From: Phoronis australis
Taxonomy: Eukaryota > Animalia > Phoronida
Assembly (NCBI GenBank): GCA_002633005.1
Contig: NMRA01000365.1
Coordinates: forward strand, 307,660 to 371,659
Length of the DNA: 64,000 nt
Direction of reading: 5' to 3'
Positions 12,745 through 22,907 of the stretch are shown here, piece by piece (the first letter of the stretch is position 1; each line of letters starts with the position of its first letter). The notes under the pieces were generated by a model. That model was not told the origin of the DNA. It made no database searches and worked only from the letters and a program-made list of their open reading frames with translations. The position numbers and the translations under genes were made by a program.

Positions 12745-14653
12745 CCCCAAGTATCTGGATTGGATCCATGAGACTCGACAACAGGCGTTTGTGTGAGGAC
12801 AAAAAAAATTCTTGGTGCACGAATTCAATAATTTTCTTGGGATTAAGTTCCATGTCAATTTAACAAATATAATTCATTTAAACTACAATGCAAAAGTAAG
12901 GGAGATTTGTAATGTTTTAACAACTTGATCAAAGAGGTCTTTAACCCCTCTAGGACGTATTACTATACTTAAGTCCTCGGTACTTTCAAAGTTGTTCATC
13001 TTCTCTCTGCACTCCCGACACTACCGGATGAAATCATTGACCTACTAGAGAGATTATTTTTACAAGTTCCGTTCGTTTGGGAAAATAAACCAGACAAAAT
13101 CAAAAGGATCAATTTTATTCAAGATTTTTCACTTGGCGGTTGTTGGATAGTTCATTTGAGGTCCTTTATAAAATCTCTTAAAATAACTTGGTTTAAAAGA
13201 TTATTATTAACTGATGATATTGCGTGGAAAACTATTCTGACAACAAATGACATATTTTTAAGTAATTTTTGTCATTTTTGGTAAAAATTATTTTACCAAA
13301 CTTTATCCAAGCAAACAAAAAATTATTTGTTTTGGCAAGAAGTTTTTAGAGAGGCTGAAGATGTATCTGGTACTTTTGAGGTTACTAAAGATTTGATTCA
13401 TTATGATTCTCTTTGGTTTAATCCAAAACTATTAATTATAGATAAAAAAACAATATTTTATATACAATGGTATAGAAAGAGCATATGGTATATTTGTGAT
13501 CTCTTAAATTCCAATGGTGAACTGATGAGTTACTACCAGTTTTGCTATGATTTTTCTCCTCCATTCACTGTTTTCCTACGTGTGCGATATGTTGTCCAGA
13601 ATCTATTGAGAAGTCTTTCCTGTTTCGATGCATTTCAAATTATTCTTCCTTATCGTTCTGATATTGCTTCGTCTGTTGTGAATTGCAATAATGTAAGCAA
13701 AACTGTTAAAAATCGTTTCATCATGTCCTTGTATAAAAAATATGTAATTAAATGGGAAAGTTGTTTAAATATAGCACAATCAGAAGAATGGTGGCGTCGT
13801 AGTAATATATTGGCAATTAATTTTACTATGGATACAAAATTGAGGTGGTTTCCAGTAAGATTTCGTCACAGACTTATTAGTACAAATATTTTTTACAGAA
13901 GATTGATGTAACAAATTCAAGTTTGTGTACTTTTTATAATAGTGAGTCTGAAGATCTTGTTCACTAGTATTGGTCTTGCACAATAGCTCAAAATTTTTGG
14001 GTAGCTGTAAACAACTGGATCCTATTACAAACTGGGGAATCTCTCGAACTGAACTTAATGACGTTTTGTTTGGCAGGCATGATGCGGAACATGTTTTTAA
14101 TTTGGTCATATGTTTGGTCAAATATCATATTTATAAAGCGAGATTAAACTCTAGTGTTCCATGTTTGCGGCTACTCAAAATAAAACTGTCTAAATATCAC
14201 AAGCTTGTAAAAGTAATTTTCTATAATAATTGTCAATATGACTTTATATTCATTAAAAGACAAGCCCTATGATTCATCTATTTTTTTAATTTTCATATTT
14301 GATGGTATTCTTATCCAAGGTGTGCTTGTGATGTATTTATGCGTGTGTGTATGTGTTTTTTGTTTTTTCTGTACTGCAAAATATTTTGTTCAAATAAAAA
14401 TATAAGAAAAAGAATACCTGGGCACTCATTTCTACTACTAAACTAATTGATCTGGCTTTGCCCAAGAACAGGCAAAACCTACTAGGCAGAAATGAGACAG
14501 AACATAACACTAAAATATTTTAAAGAATTAGACACATTTTTGTACAAAGATTTCGATGATTTTCAACTTCTTTCTGAGAACTACCCTGAATACTCTATTA
14601 CAGTATACTAAATAGTAGTAAAGTTCACCACAAATAAATCTTCAATTTCTCAC

Positions 14654-14911
14654 CTTCATCACTATCATCTCCCAGTTCCAAAGCTTCCTGCAAATTTGAC
14701 CTGATTTTCTCCTTTTCTCGATCACTCAAGCGGAACTGGTCTGTGTCATGTTTTTCCATTTTGACCTTGCAAATGACACACTCCAACTCTGTATTGTCAC
14801 AGTAGTCCAGAAAGTATACATCAGGAGTAAGCGTTTTGGTCAGCCAACGGATTTTGAACACGTTGCTAGTCGTGTAAACGATCTGCGTCGCTTGGCAGAG
14901 GTAGAACTCAT
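14654..14911 (-). CDS. Gene 1 coding exon 3 (DEFYLCQATQ...ELGDDSDE)
   Basis: ttcttcag acceptor, gtgaga donor, 258 nt, phase 1-1, within ORF 14625-15059. Confidence 0.85.
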
Positions 14912-15024
14912 CTGAAGAACACAGACAACAAATAGTGGTACATAAAATAACACGAGACTGACGGTAATACGAGAGTAACAAGATCAATGCAACACCAGAC
15001 GGGGTCCAATACCCAGCAGGAATC

Positions 15025-18000
15025 AACAAGATCATTAAGTTGTCAGCTAGTTTGTACAAGCTTTATTGAAAGCATATTACACAGAGTCAGGTAGTAATGG
15101 GTACACTCCTAACGCCAAAGTAGGTCGATTTTAATCAGTCTCACTGTTGAGTAGAAAGTCTTTAAGGTCACTTTTTGAAAACTATTTTCATGCTAGTGAA
15201 CTACATCAAAAAACAGACTCAGATCGCGATTTTGGTCCACTGTGCTGGGTCAGAGAGCCTTGAAATCAAAAGGAGTTTTGTATTCTCCAACGAGGGGAAG
15301 ACAGGGATGACAACTATAAAGCCTACCTGCTGAAATTCAGAGATTATTGTGTTGGTAAAACCAATATTGTGTATGAGCGCTACAAATTCTGGCAAAGATT
15401 ACAAACGATCAATGAGACAATCGAGTCCTGTGTAACTGATTTGGGAGTACTTGCAGACACGTGTGACTTTACTGACAAAAGTAGCATGATTCGTGACAAA
15501 ATCTTTGGAATTTATGACAAAAAATACAAGAGCTTTTGTTACGACAACCGAACATTGGTCTAGAGGATGCCATTTCTTACTGTCGCTCTGCAAAACCCAG
15601 TCGCCAGCAGTCCGTAGCCACGTTGGAAGCATGTGCCAAAGTAGATCATGTCTCGAAAAAGCAACACTATGGAACAAAGCGTTATTCAAGCGAAGCCCAG
15701 TATAAGCCACAAGCCCAGTATAAGCCACAAGCCCAGTATAAACCACAAGCACAGTATAAGCCACCAGCTTATACAGAACCCAGACCTGGAAATTATAGAG
15801 GACCAGCCTATAAACTTTGTGGAAATGAACATAACTTTGGCGACTGCACTGCGCAAAATGTACGTTGGAACAACTGCCAAAAAGTAGGTCAATACAGCTG
15901 CTGCTGTACTGCGAGACATGTACATGAATTATTATCAAACCTCGATGAGTTATTCCTTGGTTCAATTGAATCTGAGACCAAAATTATTCAAACCAAAGAC
16001 CCAACAGTCAAAACCATTAATGTTATGACCCAGGCTAGGCACAAGCACCGTAGAGACATTGCTGTGAAACTCTATTCAGGATGCAAGATGAACGTCCTAT
16101 CAATGTATGAATATGTGAAATTATTCTCCAAAAGCCATGAGCTGTCTCCACCAAGATTGGTTTTGAAAGCATATGGCAACAATGCTATTACAAATCTCGG
16201 TTTCTGTGTACTGTATTTGCAAATTCTGGGAAAACGACACAAAACTGTATTCAATGTCGTTGATTGCGATGGTCTGACCCTACTTGGATATCGTAGTGTC
16301 AGAATCTTGGTCACATGTCACGTATGGTCGATGATGTTATGCGCAAGTATAGCGATTGCTTTACCGGTCTAGGATGCTTTCCCAGTAGTCCATACCATAT
16401 TCGGCTTCGCCCAGACTGCATGCCTGCTGTGAATCCGCTGTGTTCGGTGCCTGTGCATCTTCAGGAAGCATTTGAAAATGAGTTAAAGCGCATGAAAAAC
16501 CTCAGTGTCATTAAGCCTATGACAGAACCAACCCATTGGATCTACTCATTTGTTGTTGTTGAAAAGACCAACAAGGCTCTGAGAATTTGTTTAGACCCAC
16601 TTGGTCTCAACAAACAGATCATTCACAGCCCACTTTATACGCGAACAACCGGTAATATTCCCTAACTGCAAAATGCGTCTCATTTCTCAGTACTCGATGC
16701 TTGTTCCGGTTACTGGATGGTTCAGCTTGATGAACCATCATCGAAACTGACCACATTTAGTACCCCGGTTGGTCGGTTTGGGTTTACAAGATGCCCTTCA
16801 GGTCTGAGTATGTCGCAAGATATTTTTGCGGAGAAAATGGAAGCTACGTTTGGTAACTTACCTGGCGCAACAGGAATTGCAGACGATATACTGGTATATG
16901 GTCGCCCAAGAAAAAAACGTGAAACTGAATCTTGACAAAGACCAGCTCAAAGTCCCTGAGGTGAAATTCTTTGGTCATGTATGGATCCCTACTGGTTTGA
17001 AACCCGACCCGGATAAGGTCAAGGCCATTGTCGAAATGCGTCAGAAAAACTTGTCTCGCTGAGCTGCAATCCTTCTTAGGACTTACAAACAATCTTAACC
17101 TGTTCAACCTGACTTTGTCGACCGTAGCAGCGCCACTGAGAGACTTAACAAAATAGGCTACGTTTTTCGTTGGTACCCCGAATATGAAAATGCATTTGCT
17201 ACTCACAAAAAGGCAATCACTTCAGACACTCTGTTAGCATACTTTGATCCGACCACGGAAAATGTAGTGCAGTGTGATGCGTCATTGCATGGTCTTGGAT
17301 GTGTTCTGTTGCAAAAGGGGAAACCAGTCTCTTACGCTTCTCGAACAGTAAGTGAGAGTGAAAGCCATCAGAGTAAGTGAGAGTGAAAGCCATCAGAGTA
17401 AGTGAGAGTGAAAGCCATCAGAGTAAGTGAGAGTGAAAGCCATCAGAGTAAGTGAGAGTGAAAGCCATCAGAGTAAGTGAGAGTGAAAGCCATCAGAGTA
17501 AGTGAGAGTGAAAGCCATCACAGTAATGTTGAGCGTGAGTTATTTGGACTAGTTTGGTCAATGGAAAAACGTAATCATTACATATACGGAAAACATGTGT
17601 AATTGTGGAGACTGATCACAAACCGCTTGAAGCAGTCTCAAAAAAGCCCGTCTCAAAGGCTTGCCCTCACTTACAGCGATTACTGTTGCATATGCTAAAA
17701 TACAACATTACGGTCAAGTACACTCCAGGTGGCTCAAATGTCGTCGCCGATGCACTGTCTCGGATTGAGTACAAAGACTCAAAATATAGTGATGTGAATG
17801 ACGACATAACTGAGATTGAAGTTAGCCAGGCTACGAGAAACTTGATTGCCAGCTCGAATCTACTCAATGAGCTCACCCTGTTGACTGAAGAGAACAATAC
17901 TATGCAGTGTGCTACAAACCAAGTCATTAACGGATGGCCTAAGCACCGTAAATATTGCCCACCTGAAGCACTTGGCTATTGGAATGTTCGCGAGGACATT

Positions 18001-19331
18001 GCCCTCGAAAATGGCTTGTTATTCAAGTGCACCTGTTTTATTATCTCGAGAAAGTTGCGTCGCGAAATACTTGACACCATTCACAAAGGCATTGACAAAT
18101 GTCAGTTGCAAGCTTGACAAGCTGTGTATTGGCCCCGGTATCTATAAAGACGTGAACAAACTAGTGAAATGCGTGAAACCTGACAGTTGCATGCGAAACG
18201 ACAAGAACGCGGACCATTGGAACCCCATGACATTCCTCAGTACCCTTTTCAGAAAGTTGGTGCTGATCTATTTGAGTTTGTGAATTCTGAATACCCTCTA
18301 GTGGAGGACTACTTGAAATTCCCCATTGTGCGTCGTTTAGGGAAAGATATAACTTCACTACATTTCATTACACACATGAAGTTCATTGCGACTGAGTATG
18401 GACTTCCAGAAGAAATCGTTAGTGACAATGGACTCCAGTTTGCGAGTCGTCACTTTACTGAGTTCTGCGCACATTATGGTATTATGCATACCATGTCGAG
18501 TCCCAAGTAATCACAAAGCAACGGGATGACCATACAAACGGTGAAATCATTGTTGGAAAAGTGCCTACATTCGGAAACCGATCCAAATATCGCTTTGTTG
18601 ATCTTCCGTACAACACCGATTTCTGGCACAAAACAGTCTCCTGCAGAACTGCTGAGTGGAAGGCAATTCCTCGCGCTGTTTCCAATGTCTCGGAAAAACC
18701 TCAAGTCTCGAAACATTTATCATGAATCTATCCAGAGCGAGCTGCAAAACCGTCAAACTTTGCAGAAGCTATATTATGACAAGCATGCCAAACAAACGGA
18801 GTATGCACCTCTTGCAGAGGGTAATCCCGAGAAAGAAAACCAATGGAAACCTGGAACTGTCATGAAACAACACCGCCATCGATTGTCCACCATCAAACGT
18901 GAGGATGATGATCGTGAAATTCGTTGTAATAGGAAATTTATTCGTGACAATCATACCAGTGTCAGTGTTGAAGGCGATTGTGATTCATCCAATAATCATT
19001 CTGTTGCTCTGCCAACCACCACCAGATCAGAACGTATCATGACAGCACCTAATCGCAGGGATCCGTGGACTTTGTTTACTTGATTGGCATCAGTGTTCCT
19101 AGACGTTTGTTTAAGTTGTTTGTAGTTTTAATGAAAGTGTTAACCCTTTAGACTTGGACATGGGACATTTTATTGTCAGTGACTTTCTACTTAAAGGGGA
19201 GAGATGTGACAGTATTGCTATTACGTGTGCACATTTGTATTAGTAAGTGTAGTATTAGATCGCCACGTGGAATAAACAAGATCATTAAGTTGTCAGCTAG
19301 TTTGTACAAGGTTTATTGAAAGCATATCACA
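15025..19331 (+). mobile_element. Ty3/Gypsy LTR retrotransposon (Mag/K02A2.6-like), degenerate
   Basis: gag (YERYKFWQRLQ, MIRDKI, decayed zinc knuckle), protease relic (KLYSGCKMNVLS), RT (LRICLDP, GIADDILVYG), RNase H (QCDASLHGLGCVLLQKGKPVSYASR, ETDHKPLE), integrase (PFQKVGADLF, IVSDNGLQF). PPT aaaggggagaga at 19193-19204. 3' LTR 19205-19331 (TG...CA). Only the last ~57 bp of the 5' LTR remain (15025-15081). Confidence 0.92.
17347..17526. repeat. 25-bp tandem repeat x7 inside Gypsy RNase H
   Basis: AGTAAGTGAGAGTGAAAGCCATCAG, period 25, essentially perfect. Confidence 0.95.
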
Positions 19332-19348
19332 TGGATCTGTGTAAGTTG

Positions 19349-19490
19349 TCTGAGTGGACACCCAACTGATCAGGTGCAACTTATCTGAGTGGACACTCAA
19401 CTGATCAGGTGCAACTTATCTGAGTGGACACTCAACTGATCAGGTGCAAGTTGTACATGATGACAGTCAACTGATTAGGTGAAAGTTACT
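19349..19490. repeat. 35-bp tandem repeat, 3-4 copies
   Basis: TCTGAGTGGACACTCAACTGATCAGGTGCAACTTA, just after the Gypsy 3' LTR. Confidence 0.85.
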
Positions 19491-19669
19491 CTAGGGGTAA
19501 CTTGCACTTAGGCATAAGCTGCTCAAATAATGAAAACTTCTGTGATAGTTGAAGCAACTGGAAAGATTTCATTGTTACACACTAACTAGAAATTTCTATA
19601 GAAATCCACACAAACAAAATAAGTAACTGAAAAATACGTACAATGTTACTTTTTCGATATGTTACTAAC

Positions 19670-19868
19670 CGTCATCTGTGCGAATGGCAAGATAAGCCCC
19701 ACGTTTGTATTGTACTGTTTTATCAGTGGCTGGTTTTCTCTTTTTCGGACTCGTTACGACTGGAACAGGGGTGTCATCGTCAAACATGAACGGTTTTCTT
19801 TCAATCTTCACGCGCTTGCTTTTGGGTCTCAGTATTGACGATGTGTCCAAGAAGGAGCGTTTCCTTGG
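19670..19868 (-). CDS. Gene 1 coding exon 2 (PRKRSFLDTSSILRPKSKRVKIERKPF...AYLAIRTDD)
   Basis: ttttcag acceptor, gttagt donor, 199 nt, phase 0-1, NLS-like basic clusters. Confidence 0.85.
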
Positions 19869-20648
19869 CTGAAAACAATAATAAAAAACAAGAACTGAAA
19901 ATAACACAGAATCGAGTGCAAATTAATTAAATCCATTTAGAATTGTTAAAAGTTTACAAAGCATGAATTAAATCATACTGAAGTCACAAACTTCAAACTC
20001 AAACAATTGAAGCAATTGGTCCATGATGTTATGTAACTCACCGCACTTAAGAACTAAAACAAAAGTTTCCACCTCAAATCATGAACCAAGATAATTAATT
20101 TGAAAGTTGTCTCACTGGCCTTAACTAACCAATCACTATTAGTACATTTCTAAGATGCATGCAATAAACACAAAGGAAGTCAGAACACACAGTTGATGTT
20201 GAAGGAATGGCTATCCTCAACATAACAATAATTCTTTAGTCGTTTCGTCCCAAAACTATTGCTAATTGGCCATTTCTATTTTTCAAAAGATACCGAGTCT
20301 CGTAGTACAATTAACTAAAAATTTTTCACATATCATGTTATGTCAGTTGCACAGTAAAGACCATCGTACTGTAATGAAATTGAATTTTCCTAATCTAAAT
20401 TTAAGTAGAGACTTTTGACTTAAATAACACTAGGGTTCGACTTGGTAATCTCAAATTTTGTTTAGCAGCTAGGTAAAAATGCCAGGCCGAAACGTGGGAA
20501 TTTTGCCAGCTTGCATTTCGCAAGTTCATGTTAACTTATGCTGAGCATTAAACCCTGAAAATCAAACTTTTCTACCATATTATGTAACAAATAAGTGAAG
20601 AATAATTGTGAAAAATATTATGCAATTCTTATAGTATAGTATTCATAC

Positions 20649-20663
20649 CTTGTTATTGTCCAT
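20649..20663 (-). CDS. Gene 1 first coding exon (MDNNK); the exon extends to 20708 as 5' UTR
   Basis: ttttctatttcag acceptor at 20709. ATG GAC AAT AAC AAG|gtatga is in phase with exon 2. Confidence 0.65.
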
Positions 20664-21581
20664 TCTTGAACAAAAAGTAAAAACAAATACTTGGGAATAT
20701 AGCCACACCTGAAATAGAAAAAACAGTGTAATATTTACATGAAACATGGTTTGGATTTTATCTTACGCTCTGGACAAGGTGAACTCAATTGTCGTCCACG
20801 GATAATTTGCAATATGTGTTCCACACACCAGCTGTCAACTGCATTTTACTAGCAGTTTTAGTGGACTTCATTAACAAAACAAACAACACTAAATCCTACA
20901 CAATGGCACTTCACATAGTTTGGATAGCAAGAAAGGTACAAATATTTACATATCTATGTATATATATGTGTGTATATATACAAATGATTTCTACAAAATA
21001 AATCATCCTTAATCCGCAACCAAGGGATGTTCGGACTTGTTCAGATTTAAACTTGAAACTTGTGTCTTAACTCCCCTCACCTCCATCCAAAAACTTGAAT
21101 CACCTTCAACACAATATAACCTAGCAATAATATACTTTTATTCTGTGCTCTAAAAATCAATACTCATTGGACATGCTACTCTCTTAGCTCTAGATTTGTA
21201 ACATGTTCCATAATCAATAGAAGTTGAACAGACCAAAGCCAAAGGCACATGTATGACCAGCAACAGACAATGTATTGGACTCCAGTTGACTCCTTCATTA
21301 GTTCAATCTGACAATGCCAATATGAGCATGCCAGTTATCTGCGAAAGGACCAGCAACTTAAAATCAGATTGTCTAATGCTACTACTCAAATCAACCAAGA
21401 CATCTTCCCAACACAAAATTCCCGGAAATACAAAAGTATTACTTCGACTTTGCTGCGCCAGTAGTGAGTGGACTAGTAGAGACAACAGAATGTCAGAATG
21501 CCAGACACGGTTCACGGTTCAACTTCAGTCTGCCGCAGACCCTTTAAATCTCGAGTTGTGTTTCGTGTGCAAAGGAAATAC

Positions 21582-21851
21582 CTAAAATGCACTTCCACTG
21601 CGGGACGACTTGTCTTAAATACAAGCTCTTTGCTTGTTGCTCACCAACAGATTCTAGTCTATGATCAGACAAAACGAGACAAGCCGGTACGGCTCAACTC
21701 ACAAGAGGAAGCGCACTTTTGACCTATTTAAAGGAATGAGGCTCCAAAGTCCCTTTCTTGAAAAATAATATTTATGCTTGATGACACTTTGTTAATTCAT
21801 ATTTTTACGATAAAAGCTTGAAATTCTTTAATGACCCCTTAATTATGTTAG
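21582..21851. promoter_or_regulatory. Putative bidirectional promoter and non-coding first exons of gene 1 (-) and TRAPPC6B (+)
   Basis: Minus-strand donor AG|gtattt at 21582/21581 and plus-strand donor AG|gtaagc at 21851/21852, matching acceptors at 20709 (-) and 22001 (+). CpG dinucleotides are retained at 21500-21720 and around 21930. Confidence 0.5.
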
Positions 21852-22022
21852 GTAAGCAGGTAGCTGTATGATATAGTGATACTTGAAATTTCCAAACTGC
21901 ATCTGTGTTGAGAGAGGTCACTCATAGGTTGCGCGAAACTCGCCCAAGCAAAGTTTGTAGCTGGTGTATATTTGTTTGTTTTTGGGAGTTTTTACTTTCA
22001 GTTCAACTACACTGTGACGTTG

Positions 22023-22106
22023 ATGATGTGTGATGATAGCCTGTTTGACTTCCTGCACATGGAAATTGTCTCCCATGTACACAGAACTGCCAGAAAAGAT
22101 GAAAAG
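22023..22106 (+). CDS. TRAPPC6B: TRAPPC6B coding exon 1
   Basis: MMCDDSLFDFLHMEIVSHVHRTARKDEK|gttgct. Confidence 0.88.
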
Positions 22107-22180
22107 GTTGCTGTATCTTTCCCTTTCTGAACTTGCCGACGTTGGATGAAAATGATTAACACAAAGTTAACAGTACCACT

Positions 22181-22832
22181 GACAGTGACACTGTCTCAAC
22201 TGGCCCTAGACAGTGACTAGACAGTGACTAGGCAGTGACTAGACAGGTGGAGCGCCTATAGACGCTTCCTATGCCGGAAGCTTTTTGGCAAATTATGCCT
22301 CGCACTGACTAAATCATCAACGTGACATTGTTGTAAATAACTTTTGCGGCATTGCGCATGATATAGGGACACCTTAGCCAGGACTAGGAGGCCATTGTCT
22401 TTTTAATTCCTTCCTACTCAAACAAATACTCCCGTTAACGTTGTGAAACTTTTTCTTCAAGCACTCCCTCGTTCAGTTCCCAAAACCGGTAACTCACCAT
22501 TTTTAACACTGCATGCGGCAGGTGGTATGACGTCATATCCCCTGGCGTGCACAGTATTAAAAAATGGTGGGTTACCAATTTTGGGAACTGAACGAGGGAC
22601 TGCTCGAAAAAAAAGTTTGATAACGGGAGTATTTGTTCGAGTTGGAAATAATTAAATACATCAACAGCCTCCTATGGTGTCCTATGCGCAAAAGGTATTT
22701 ATAACAACGTGGCTGTGATGTTTTAGTTAGTGCGAGGCATAATTCGTCAAAAATCATCCAGCGTGTGAAGCGCCTATAGGAGCTCCACTGTCTCTGCTGC
22801 AGGTGGTGCCAGTAGAGACAGTGGTCACTGTC
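22181..22832. repeat. ~650-bp imperfect palindrome (foldback/MITE-like) centred on ATGACGTCAT
   Basis: The arms pair along their length, e.g. aattatgcctcgcactgactaaa / tttagttagtgcgaggcataatt and tccctcgttcagttcccaaaa / ttttgggaactgaacgaggga. The axis is at 22531/22532. Confidence 0.85.
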
Positions 22833-22907
22833 AAAACTGGCCCCAGAAGTAGAGACAGTGGTCAGCCAATCATAGGCTTTCCATATGGCGGAAGCTTTCC
22901 GGAGAAT

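Larger units (their letters stand above)
9103..14409 (+). mobile_element. L1/Tx1-clade LINE, near full length, degenerate
   Basis: The 5' end acttctggtAAGATGGCG carries a YY1-like motif. ORF1 relic (FEDFPQDV). APE endonuclease (SLNCRGL, CLQDTH, INIYGPN, LCGDCN, RLDFFLVS). RT (WRPISLLN, QGDTLSLYLF, IQYVDDT). C-terminal region ends at 14272, followed by AATAAA and an A-rich tail at ~14392-14410. Degenerate 13-bp TSD at 9090-9102 / 14410-14422. Confidence 0.9.
2323..20663 (-). other. Gene 1 span: basic ~217-aa protein resembling the N-terminal domain of invertebrate ankyrin-rich tankyrase-like PARPs
   Basis: Coding exons 20649-20663, 19670-19868, 14654-14911, 4564-4653, 4075-4161 and 2323-2327 (last tentative). 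All introns are GT-AG with continuous phase. Protein: MDNNKPRKRSFLDTSSILRPKSKRVKIERKPF...YKRGAYLAIRTDDDEFYLCQATQIVYTTSNVFKIRWL...DYCDNTELECVI. The family resemblance is from memory. Confidence 0.7.

Noticed and set aside
9103-19331. Active or domesticated retroelement genes
   Set aside because: Both the L1 and the Gypsy element carry many stops, frameshifts and internal tandem duplications, and the Gypsy 5' LTR is truncated.
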